Shown piece after piece: positions 39,041 through 47,562 of a stretch of 64,000 nt of DNA. The notes beneath the pieces are model-generated. The model was not told the origin of the DNA and searched no databases. It was given only the letters and a program-made list of their open reading frames with translations. The stretch lies in the IMG/VR virus record IMGVR_UViG_3300042887_005053, positions 1 through 64,000 of that record; one strand, 5' to 3'. Made by a program: the position numbers and the translations under genes. Every line of letters begins with the position of its first letter. The first letter of the stretch is position 1.

Positions 39041-40183
39041 ATGACAAAATTTATTGATCTCTCTCACATTTCTGATTTCAAAACAATGCCAAATGAAATT
39101 CGAGAAAAAATGGAAACACTTACTGATCGTGAGCGTAAGTATTTTATGACTATGTGGCCAAAGTCTGGTGTGATGTATATCACTTCTAAACCTGGTATCG
39201 CTAAGTCAGCGATGGCTCGTGAAATCGCTAGTAAGATGGGTTTCCGTTATCTTGATGTTCGTTTGTCAATGGTAGACGAAACTGATGTTGGTTTGTATCC
39301 TAATGTGTCAAGTATTGACGGTGTTAAATGTCTTGACTTCGTTGTACCTCGTTGGGCAATTGAGGCTAACAAACAACCCACCATCATTCACTTCGAAGAG
39401 TTGAACCGAGCTCAATTACCTGTTCGTAATGCGGCTCTCCAGATTCTACTTGATCGTCAAATCGGTACAGATTTCAAATTCAACGACACAGTTTTGATGA
39501 TGGCCTCTGGTAACCTTGGTGACGAAGATGGTACTGATGTAGAAGAATTCGATAACGCACTTAACAACCGATTGATTCACTTCTCTCATACACTTGGTGT
39601 TGATGAATGGATTAACTCTTTCGCTAAAGAGAACTGTCATAGTACAATCGTTAGTTATATCAGAGCTTATCCTGAGAAACTTTACCAAAATCCAACCGAG
39701 AACACTAAAGCTTTTGCTACACCTCGTTCTTGGGAGTTTTTGAGTAACTTCATCGTCTACAACTTCGGTAAAGATGCTTCTCCAAAGCAGTTCTTACCTT
39801 ACCTACAAGAAGTAGCACACGGATACATTGGAAACGGAGCTCAAAGCTTTATGAAGTATTGTCAAGAAATGATTAATATCAGTATCCAAGATATTATCAA
39901 CAACTATGACAAGATTGAAAAAGAGTTGGATAAATACAACCGAGACAAAAACTCAGAGTTGATCCAATCTTTGAAAGAGTTTGAAGTGTCTAAGTTCACT
40001 GATGATCAAATTCAGAATGTCACTAAGTTCTTGAAGCGTGTTGGTGATGATGAATTGACGGCTTACTTACTACACATTCTCGACTCTGGAGTTGATGTGT
40101 CAAATCCGAAAGTGAAGAAGTTCATGCAGACATTCAAAGATGTCTTAGTAAGAATCAAAGAGATCAATAAGCCTCAAAAGTAA
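39041..40183 (+). CDS. MoxR/dynein-like AAA+ ATPase
   Basis: SKPGIAKS (Walker A variant), IIHFEELNRA (Walker B), ASGN, ALNNR, TPRSW. Confidence 0.88.
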   Translation: MTKFIDLSHISDFKTMPNEIREKMETLTDRERKYFMTMWPKSGVMYITSKPGIAKSAMAREIASKMGFRYLDVRLSMVDETDVGLYPNVSSIDGVKCLDFVVPRWAIEANKQPTIIHFEELNRAQLPVRNAALQILLDRQIGTDFKFNDTVLMMASGNLGDEDGTDVEEFDNALNNRLIHFSHTLGVDEWINSFAKENCHSTIVSYIRAYPEKLYQNPTENTKAFATPRSWEFLSNFIVYNFGKDASPKQFLPYLQEVAHGYIGNGAQSFMKYCQEMINISIQDIINNYDKIEKELDKYNRDKNSELIQSLKEFEVSKFTDDQIQNVTKFLKRVGDDELTAYLLHILDSGVDVSNPKVKKFMQTFKDVLVRIKEINKPQK

Positions 40184-40198
40184 TTTTGAGAAGATTGA

Positions 40199-40226
40199 AC
40201 CCCTCACTTGAGGGGTCTTTCTTTTT
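40199..40226 (+). terminator. Intrinsic terminator
   Basis: ACCCCTC-ACTT-GAGGGGT then T-rich tail. Confidence 0.85.
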
Positions 40227-40230
40227 GATG

Positions 40231-40256
40231 AAACTTTTACTTTCAAAAAAAGTATA
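40231..40256 (+). promoter_or_regulatory. Putative middle promoter
   Basis: AAAC-N18-TATA. Confidence 0.55.
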
Positions 40257-40265
40257 TTAAAAGAA

Positions 40266-40472
40266 ATGGAAATTATTTTCAAAATAAAAAACGATTTAGG
40301 TGAGTTTACTTCAGAACCACTCGAAGTAAATGAAGAACAATACATAAACTTTATAGAAGTGTCTAAGACATTCTATAACGGTACTTATCAGATGAATACC
40401 CCAGATGGTTTTGTTGTTATTCCACCAGACATCTTGTCTAAATCAGTTTTAATAGTAGAAAAAATAAAATGA
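40266..40472 (+). CDS. Hypothetical protein
   Basis: 68 aa. Confidence 0.65.
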   Translation: MEIIFKIKNDLGEFTSEPLEVNEEQYINFIEVSKTFYNGTYQMNTPDGFVVIPPDILSKSVLIVEKIK

Positions 40473-41128
40473 ACGTAAGAAATAAATTTAAGAAATTTGG
40501 TGGTGAATTCATTCCAGATATTATTGAATATCTTAGAGAATGTATTGATAGAGATCCTGATATCACTATTAGTTTAGGCTGTGATTCTGTACAAAGAAGA
40601 AGAAAAACAGTCTACGCAATTACTCTAATGATTTATAATACTGACATCAGAAATGGTGCGCATGTTGTTTTCTTTAGAGAAAATATCTTAAAGGTAAGAG
40701 ATAATTTTGAAAGACTTCACAAAGAAGCTGATTATGTTCATCAAATTGGTGAATTCTTAGAGGAAGAGTTGAGTAAGTTCTATGTCAGAAAAGACCTTTC
40801 TGACTATGAAAGAAAAAGATATAAGTACCATGTTGCCAAGTGTAATGGTGAGTATTCACATGTTTCTCATTTCAATGAAGATGGATTCATAGATAGAAAT
40901 ATTGTAATAACTCAAGCTGATTTATCTATGCCAACTAAACTTGTTGATATTCATGTGGACTTTAATCCATTTGAAGGATCAAAAGATCAAAAAGGAAATG
41001 TTAAAAACAGATCTAACCTGTCTTATAAAGCTTATGTACCATGGCTAAGAGGTATGGGTTTTAGAGTGTGGGCCAAGCCGCTTAGTTATGCAGCTACATC
41101 AGCGGCTGATTTATTATTAAAAGATTAA
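40469..41128 (+). CDS. RNase H-like YkuK (DUF458) family protein
   Basis: LGCDS, DIHVDFN, KPLSYAATSAAD. Confidence 0.75.
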   Translation: MNVRNKFKKFGGEFIPDIIEYLRECIDRDPDITISLGCDSVQRRRKTVYAITLMIYNTDIRNGAHVVFFRENILKVRDNFERLHKEADYVHQIGEFLEEELSKFYVRKDLSDYERKRYKYHVAKCNGEYSHVSHFNEDGFIDRNIVITQADLSMPTKLVDIHVDFNPFEGSKDQKGNVKNRSNLSYKAYVPWLRGMGFRVWAKPLSYAATSAADLLLKD

Positions 41129-41137
41129 AAAAAAGAT

Positions 41138-41719
41138 ATGAAAAAAGTTGAATTAAAAATTATTGGTTTATCATACAGTCAAACACAAGCTGGTTCTTAT
41201 GTTCTAGTTTTAGGTGAAAAAAAAGGCAGTCTAAAACTGCCAATTATCATCAAACATCACGATGCTCAGTTTATCGCAATGAAGATTGAAAAGTTAAAAA
41301 CTCCAAGACCTTTAGTTCATGACTTATTCAAACAGTTTGCTGATAACCTTAATGCTGATCTTCAACAAATTTACATTTCACATGTTTTAGAAGGTATTTT
41401 TTATTGTAGTCTTGTTTTTTCAAACTCAGTTGAAGAGTTCGAAATTGAATGTAGTGTTGGTGATGCTATCTGTTTAGCTCTATCATTCAAGTGTCCTATC
41501 ATGTGTTCAAAAGAAGTTTTGAAGATTTCTGGAATCGAAATGGATGATGAAGGAAATATCACAGATGAACAAGATGAAACAAATCATCAAGAAAGAGATT
41601 ACTCTGGTGGAGTGAGTGTTGAGAATTTAGAACAGATGCTTCAAAAGGCAATTGAAAATGAAGAGTATGAGATTGCATCACAGCTAAGAGATAGGATTGA
41701 AGAACTTAAAAAACAATAA
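41138..41719 (+). CDS. Bifunctional nuclease (DUF151) with C-terminal UVR domain
   Basis: LPIII, PRPLVHDL, GIFY, DAICLAL; AIENEEYEIASQLRD. Confidence 0.88.
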   Translation: MKKVELKIIGLSYSQTQAGSYVLVLGEKKGSLKLPIIIKHHDAQFIAMKIEKLKTPRPLVHDLFKQFADNLNADLQQIYISHVLEGIFYCSLVFSNSVEEFEIECSVGDAICLALSFKCPIMCSKEVLKISGIEMDDEGNITDEQDETNHQERDYSGGVSVENLEQMLQKAIENEEYEIASQLRDRIEELKKQ

Positions 41720-41774
41720 CTTCAACTTTTTTCTTTATTTTACCTATAAAAATTACAAAAAATAATTGAATTAG

Positions 41775-42641
41775 ATGATAAGTTACATGGGTGCCAAAGG
41801 TGGTGCGATGGGTAAATGGATCGAAGATTTTATTCCAAAAGATATAAAAGTATTTTCTGAACCATTCAGTGGTATGTTTAATGTTTATCTAACTATGGAT
41901 TTAGATAAATATACAAATTTAGAAAAAGTAGTTTACAATGATTTTAATGTTTTAAATGCAAACATATTTGCTTGTGCTAGAAAATATAAAGAGTTCTATA
42001 CATTCTTACAGAATCAAGAATGTCAACAAAAAAGAAACGACGGATCACCAACAGATCCGAAATTCAAAAAATGGTTTGATGAATATCAAAAAGATATATT
42101 TGTAAATCAACCAAAATTAGATATGGATAATCCAGATTATGAAAATGGTGTCAAATATTCATATGTATTATCACAGGTTTTTTCTGGGTCTAAGCCAGAA
42201 ACTAGTTCTTTTATAGATTTAAAAGGTAAGTACAACTGTAAGTTTGATTCATTTAGAAAAAAAATGAATGGTTCTAATCATGGCAAGAGTATATTAAATC
42301 ACTTAGATAAAATTACAAATGTTGAGAGTATGGACTTTGAAGATTTAATGTTAAAATATGATAGTCCAGAAACATATTTTTATTTAGATCCACCATACTA
42401 TAATTGTGAAAAATATTACAGTAATCATGAGTTCGGATTAGAAACACATAAGAGATTGGCAGAGTGTATTAAAAAACTGGAAGCAAAATGGTCATTGTCG
42501 TATTACTATTTTCCAGAGTTAGAGAAATGGTTTCCAAGAGATCAATATAATTGGCAAGAAAAAGAGTTTAATAAGATATCAGGCGCTAAGAAAGGTCAAG
42601 AAACTACAAAAGGCACAGAACTTTTGATTATGAATTATTAA
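41775..42641 (+). CDS. Dam-like (D12 class) adenine methyltransferase
   Basis: YMGAK, EPFSG, YND, YLDPPY, ELLIMNY. Confidence 0.9.
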   Translation: MISYMGAKGGAMGKWIEDFIPKDIKVFSEPFSGMFNVYLTMDLDKYTNLEKVVYNDFNVLNANIFACARKYKEFYTFLQNQECQQKRNDGSPTDPKFKKWFDEYQKDIFVNQPKLDMDNPDYENGVKYSYVLSQVFSGSKPETSSFIDLKGKYNCKFDSFRKKMNGSNHGKSILNHLDKITNVESMDFEDLMLKYDSPETYFYLDPPYYNCEKYYSNHEFGLETHKRLAECIKKLEAKWSLSYYYFPELEKWFPRDQYNWQEKEFNKISGAKKGQETTKGTELLIMNY

Positions 42642-42648
42642 TTCAGAA

Positions 42649-42927
42649 ATGAATAAGTCTAAAGTTTGGGTAACAGATAGAGTAAATAATTTTTCTTTCG
42701 AAAAAGGCGATGTTGTTTATTTAGCCAGAAAGAAGATCAATGGATACCCTAAATTTTTAGATTTTGAGACTAGTTATGTAGTTTATGAAGTAGCTGGTGA
42801 TAAAATAGTAATTCACGAATCCTCTAAAGTGGCTAACATAAGAAACAATCATAAAATACATCATAGTTATTTAATAAGTCGGCAAGTTTTAAGAGATGAA
42901 ACTATCAAAGATTTACTCTCAGATTAG
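42649..42927 (+). CDS. Small protein with C-terminal tag
   Basis: Ends LRDETIKDLLSD. Confidence 0.7.
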   Translation: MNKSKVWVTDRVNNFSFEKGDVVYLARKKINGYPKFLDFETSYVVYEVAGDKIVIHESSKVANIRNNHKIHHSYLISRQVLRDETIKDLLSD

Positions 42928-43156
42928 TTGTCTTGTTGGTAGACACGATTGGCAATATTCAAGTACCACAGATCATAAAAAGATTACTTATGATGGTCTT
43001 GAACCTCATGAATTTTCAAGGATTTGTTCAAAATGTTTTAAAAAGCAAAAAAGAAAAATATTTGATTTAGGTCGAAACATGATTTGGATTGACACAAGTG
43101 AATATTCAATTTCAGAATTAAGAAAAATAAACTTAAACAAACTGCTGGAAGATTAG
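42896..43156 (+). CDS. DUF1660-like protein with C-terminal tag
   Basis: CLVGRHDW...CSKC; ends LRKINLNKLLED. Confidence 0.65.
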   Translation: MKLSKIYSQISCLVGRHDWQYSSTTDHKKITYDGLEPHEFSRICSKCFKKQKRKIFDLGRNMIWIDTSEYSISELRKINLNKLLED

Positions 43157-43176
43157 AATTTTATATAAATAGTTAT

Positions 43177-43395
43177 ATGAAATTCAAACCAGGTGATTTA
43201 GTTATTAAAAATACCGGTGGTAATAAGATGAGAATCTTATCACTTGAGAATAACCAAATACAGTGTGGATGGTTCACAGAGAGTTACCACGAGTCTATAT
43301 TTGACGAAAAAGAACTCTTACCATATAGTCAGTATGAAAAGGTCAGAATTACTGCTAAAAGAGACGATTTAATCAACCAAATACTTTTCAAATAA
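43177..43395 (+). CDS. YodC/DUF2158-like protein with C-terminal tag
   Basis: FKPGDLV...GGNKM...CGWF; ends KRDDLINQILFK. Confidence 0.75.
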   Translation: MKFKPGDLVIKNTGGNKMRILSLENNQIQCGWFTESYHESIFDEKELLPYSQYEKVRITAKRDDLINQILFK

Positions 43396-43432
43396 TTTGT
43401 TTTTTTGAAATTTTATCCTTATCTTTGTATTT

Positions 43433-43813
43433 ATGAGAGAAACTACCAAAATAGAAGTGGCGCAGAAGTGTTTTAATTGGTGTAAAAAGAAGTTTGGCAG
43501 TCCAATATCAGAAACATCAAAAAAGGATTATCCAAGTCTTATATTAGTACCAGACAGAAGAAGAAAGAGATTATACGGTGAATATTCACCGTCTGAAATA
43601 AAGATTTTTTTGAATGTTTGTCAAACTAAAAAGGATATTGTGTCAACAATAATACACGAATACACTCATTTTCTACAAATGCCAAAAAGTATTAAACCTT
43701 ATCACAAGATTCAAAAAGATTTTGAATATTCTGACAATCCTTTTGAAAAAGAAGCTGTGTTAGCAGAATCAAAATTTACTAAAAAATGTTTAAAACAAAT
43801 TAAGAAAAAATGA
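43433..43813 (+). CDS. Small HExxH metallopeptidase-like early protein
   Basis: IIHEYTHFLQ...NPFEKEA; TTTG-N20-TATCTTTG upstream. Confidence 0.75.
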   Translation: MRETTKIEVAQKCFNWCKKKFGSPISETSKKDYPSLILVPDRRRKRLYGEYSPSEIKIFLNVCQTKKDIVSTIIHEYTHFLQMPKSIKPYHKIQKDFEYSDNPFEKEAVLAESKFTKKCLKQIKKK

Positions 43814-43822
43814 TAAGATTAA

Positions 43823-43962
43823 AAATCAATCGATAGTGTAAAATTTAGTCCTTAGGTGACTGCCATAAAGCACACACTATACGCCCTGGCAATAGAGCAT
43901 ACATCAAGCTTGTATGAGTAGTGTAGTTGAGGTAAAATGGTTAATCCTCAAAAGATTGATTT
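43823..43962 (+). ncRNA. Candidate structured RNA of unknown class
   Basis: Closing stem AAATCAATC/GATTGATTT enclosing several hairpins; relatively GC-rich intergenic region. Confidence 0.55.
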
Positions 43963-43965
43963 AAT

Positions 43966-43993
43966 ACCGATAGTTTAACTATCGGTTTTTTTT
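43966..43993 (+). terminator. Intrinsic terminator
   Basis: ACCGATAGT-TTA-ACTATCGGT plus T run. Confidence 0.9.
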
Positions 43994-44052
43994 ATTTAAA
44001 AATTTGTTTATTCGGAATTTTATAACTATTTTTGTTATCTAAAATAATATCT

Positions 44053-44913
44053 ATGAAAAATTATAAAGACTACAACAAACAAGAAATCTTTAATGTACTT
44101 GATAACATAACAATTGAAAAGGTGGCTAACCAAGTTATCACTAAATACAGAGATACTGTTATTAACATCACAAATGTATCTAATCGATATGAAGTCTTTG
44201 ACATAGTTAAATATTTGAAAAACAAAATTGAACTGATTGAGAAAAACTTTAATATACAAAAATATTCTTTACATCTAACCAGAGGTAAACAATATCTTCA
44301 ACTTATTTCAGACAAAATAGAAGTTGGTGGTGTTGAATTCTACAAGTCATTCTATATTCTAAATTCAACAGACAAGTCAAGACGACTTAGTTTTAATGTT
44401 GGTCTTTACTCAGAGTCTAAAAACTTTTATATAATTAGTGCAAATAACGCTAGTTTAACTAAAAAACATCTAACAGGAGTAACACAAGCTGCTGAAGAAG
44501 CCTCTGAAGGATTAAATGGTGAAACATTCGATCAACAAATCGAATCACTAAACTCACTTGTTGGTCATAACATATTGTTTTCGAATCTACGAAAAGTAAT
44601 ACTTGGTGACAAAGAAGAGATCCCACAAGTTAATCATAGAAAGTTCGACGCATTCAAAAACTCTATTAGATTCGCTAATTCCGATGGTAGAATTTCACTC
44701 ACTAATGAACAAAGAGAGCAACTCTTAGTTGATTCAGAGAAGTTAACATCTGTTACTCACGACTTTTATATCAGTGCATTTTGGGCTTTTCAAGTTTACT
44801 TGAGTTTGTTCAGAAAACAAGACTCACATGTTATTAAAAATGAATCTGAAAGAATTATGAAGATTACACAATGGGCAGTTCGTAATTCAGTGTTAGAAGA
44901 ACTTGGAATCTAA
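44053..44913 (+). CDS. DUF932-like early protein with C-terminal tag (start revised)
   Basis: ILNSTDKSRRLSFNVGLY; TTTG-N20-TATTTTTG upstream; ends VRNSVLEELGI. Confidence 0.55.
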   Translation: MKNYKDYNKQEIFNVLDNITIEKVANQVITKYRDTVINITNVSNRYEVFDIVKYLKNKIELIEKNFNIQKYSLHLTRGKQYLQLISDKIEVGGVEFYKSFYILNSTDKSRRLSFNVGLYSESKNFYIISANNASLTKKHLTGVTQAAEEASEGLNGETFDQQIESLNSLVGHNILFSNLRKVILGDKEEIPQVNHRKFDAFKNSIRFANSDGRISLTNEQREQLLVDSEKLTSVTHDFYISAFWAFQVYLSLFRKQDSHVIKNESERIMKITQWAVRNSVLEELGI

Positions 44914-44934
44914 AAATTAATAAAAATATTATAG

Positions 44935-45069
44935 ATGTTAAATAAATGTACTGATTACGATAGTATGGGAGACTATAGCAGGTTTACTCAACCAAAGGTT
45001 GTTAAAGGTGGTATTTTCAACCGAATAGTTAAATCAATTAATAATTTTTTCTATGTTAAAAGAAGATAA
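44935..45069 (+). CDS. Possible 44-aa microprotein (not in ORF track)
   Basis: MLNKCTDYDSMGDYSRF...; fills the gap and overlaps the next gene. Confidence 0.4.
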   Translation: MLNKCTDYDSMGDYSRFTQPKVVKGGIFNRIVKSINNFFYVKRR

Positions 45070-45538
45070 CTCTGGATTTATTCTTTTCCCACATCCTAAC
45101 AATCAAATTGTTACTGGAGTAAATGTTGGGAAAACACTAGTTTATTTAGTGGCATTTGAGTCGAACTCAGATGTTCTTTCAAATGTTACAATATCATCAC
45201 CTGGATCATTTCTATGTGATGATATGAATGATAAGCCAGACTTTACTATTGATAGTAGTATTGATCAAATGATTGAGAATCAAGAAAAAATTACTGATTA
45301 TGATAAATTTTATTTTCCTGATATTTCTTCATTAGAAGATTTAAAAAGTAAAAAATCAATTAACTTGGTTAGTGCTATTTGTATTGGTTGGAATAATCTA
45401 ACTTATCAATATAGAGACGATAGACAGTGGTTTGCTTCATTTAGAGATTTAACAAATGAAGGTAGACGACTTTACTATTCAATAAAAAAACTTCACAACA
45501 CAAAAGAAGTAAGAATTTTGACTTTTAATCATATTTAA
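45053..45538 (+). CDS. Hypothetical protein
   Basis: 161 aa. Confidence 0.7.
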   Translation: MLKEDNSGFILFPHPNNQIVTGVNVGKTLVYLVAFESNSDVLSNVTISSPGSFLCDDMNDKPDFTIDSSIDQMIENQEKITDYDKFYFPDISSLEDLKSKKSINLVSAICIGWNNLTYQYRDDRQWFASFRDLTNEGRRLYYSIKKLHNTKEVRILTFNHI

Positions 45539-45585
45539 TTTTTTTATTTAAAATATTTAACTTATATTTGTAAAAATCTAAATTT

Positions 45586-46791
45586 ATGGCATATTCAAGA
45601 AAAACTGGTGATTTATTTATTTCAGAGGAGATCAAGGAAATTTTAGTTCAAATTGAAAAAGAATCAGTAGTGGCAAAAGCTCTTTTGAAGCAAAGACACT
45701 CATTGGATAGCCTTTGTGAAGATTATGTTAATTACATATCAATCTCTGTACAAGATAGATTTCGTATTTCCTATTTAACTCCAGAAAGAATCGAGTCAAT
45801 CCCTGATCAAGAACTTTGGACTTCTTCTAAAAGATTTAATGCAAAAGCTGGTTCAGTCATTAAAAAGATTTTTCCAAATTTCACTGAAAGAGAAATAGAT
45901 AATTTTATAACATTATACAGATCTATTATATCTAAGCCTGACTTCAAATTCAAAGTAGTTAAAGGTGAAGATATTAAAAAGTATTATCATTATTCACAAT
46001 ATTTTGATAATTCTTCATCACTTGGTGCTTCTTGTATGAAGCATGATTCTTGTCAAGATTTTCTAGATATTTACACAGAAAACTCAGATAAAGTTAGTTT
46101 ACTGATAATGGTTAATCCTTCTGATAAAATCTTAGGAAGAGCTTTGCTTTGGAATTTACCAGATATTAAATTGATGGATCGTATATACACAATTGATGAT
46201 AATGATCTTACTTTTCATTTCAAAAAATGGGCACAAGATAATGGATTCTTTTACAAAAAAGAACAAAAATGGAATAACACATTATTCTTTATTCGACCAG
46301 ATGGAAAATCAGTTCAATTGGAATTGTCTGTTGAAATTGAGAATATCAGAAATTTTGAAAGATTCCCTTACTTTGATACCTTCAAATTCTACTCACCATC
46401 GAAAAAACGACTTTATAACTTTATGCCACAATCTGGTTTCGATTATATCTTATCATCACCAGATGGATATAAACAAGAGTCAGATCATTTGGCACAGTGT
46501 TCTAAAAGTAAACTCTTCTATTATAAAGGTGACACTCAATATTTAGATTATCTGAATTCAAGAGTGTTTAGTGGAGACTTACACTTTTCAGATGTAAATG
46601 ATTGTTATATCTATAAAGATGATTGTATTTGGGATGAAGATTTAAGAGATTATATTTTCTCTGACTCAAGTATGAATAATGAAAAGTCTATTCAAAGAAG
46701 AAAAGATTGGTTAGAAAGAAGAAGAAAAGAAAGAGATGAAGAAGAGTCTCGACTAAGAAACTCTTTGTCAGATTATCTTGAATTCAACTGA
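45586..46791 (+). CDS. SCM/GRALLW/MDRIY-family protein, early paralog of 4695-5954
   Basis: LGASCM, GRALLW, LMDRIY, FPYFDT; TATATTTG at 45563-45570. Confidence 0.75.
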   Translation: MAYSRKTGDLFISEEIKEILVQIEKESVVAKALLKQRHSLDSLCEDYVNYISISVQDRFRISYLTPERIESIPDQELWTSSKRFNAKAGSVIKKIFPNFTEREIDNFITLYRSIISKPDFKFKVVKGEDIKKYYHYSQYFDNSSSLGASCMKHDSCQDFLDIYTENSDKVSLLIMVNPSDKILGRALLWNLPDIKLMDRIYTIDDNDLTFHFKKWAQDNGFFYKKEQKWNNTLFFIRPDGKSVQLELSVEIENIRNFERFPYFDTFKFYSPSKKRLYNFMPQSGFDYILSSPDGYKQESDHLAQCSKSKLFYYKGDTQYLDYLNSRVFSGDLHFSDVNDCYIYKDDCIWDEDLRDYIFSDSSMNNEKSIQRRKDWLERRRKERDEEESRLRNSLSDYLEFN

Positions 46792-46826
46792 TAATAAACA
46801 AAAACAAAATCTCTCATATATAGTGT

Positions 46827-47549
46827 ATGAGGGATTTTGTTTTAGATAAGTTAAAAGCATTTGATGATACAGAATTTAAGTTTGATTCGATCAAACATAA
46901 ATATACCTATGAAGGTGAACATTTTATTTCTGTAACTCAATTTATATCTCGTTTTCACAAAAAATTTGATTCTGATTTTTGGTCTCAAAAAAAGGCTGAA
47001 GAAAGAGGAGTTGATCAACAAGAGATTCTAAATGAATGGAAGTCTCTAAATGATAGAGCTAACTTTATTGGTACATCTACACATAATTGGATTGAAAATT
47101 ATTTTAATCGTATTTATCAAGAATTACCCTCTGACTTAGATGTTATCGACAGAATAAATAAGTTCAATAAGGTTTTTGGAACACATCTATTTAAATTGAC
47201 ACCACTTAAATTTGAACAGCGAATATTTTCTAAAAAGTGGAAGATAGCTGGAATGATTGATTCTTTATTTTTATACAAAGACAAACTAATAATTCTAGAC
47301 TGGAAAACCAACAAAAAGTACGATATCAAAAATAATTATGGTGAAAAACTATTAGAACCATTCAATGATTACGATAAGTGTCATTTAAGTGAATATTCGA
47401 TACAATTATCACTTTATTCTTTGATTCTTAAAGAAATAGATTTAGATGTAAAAGCTTGTTACACAGTTTACATAGGTCCTGATGATGTTAATGTTTACAA
47501 GTGTTATGATTTCACTGAGATATTAAATAATTATTTAATATCTCAGTGA
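46827..47549 (+). CDS. PD-(D/E)xK exonuclease (RecB/Cas4-like superfamily)
   Basis: SVTQ, GTSTH, AGMID, ILDWKT, YSIQLSLY. Confidence 0.85.
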   Translation: MRDFVLDKLKAFDDTEFKFDSIKHKYTYEGEHFISVTQFISRFHKKFDSDFWSQKKAEERGVDQQEILNEWKSLNDRANFIGTSTHNWIENYFNRIYQELPSDLDVIDRINKFNKVFGTHLFKLTPLKFEQRIFSKKWKIAGMIDSLFLYKDKLIILDWKTNKKYDIKNNYGEKLLEPFNDYDKCHLSEYSIQLSLYSLILKEIDLDVKACYTVYIGPDDVNVYKCYDFTEILNNYLISQ

Positions 47550-47562
47550 AATTGAGTTAAAT

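Noticed and set aside
43823-43962. tRNA, tmRNA or known riboswitch
   Set aside because: No cloverleaf/TTCGA arm, and no TPP, cobalamin, SAM or glycine consensus recognisable by eye.
46827-47549. Cas4 of a CRISPR system
   Set aside because: No Fe-S cysteine cluster, other cas genes or array; generic phage exonuclease.
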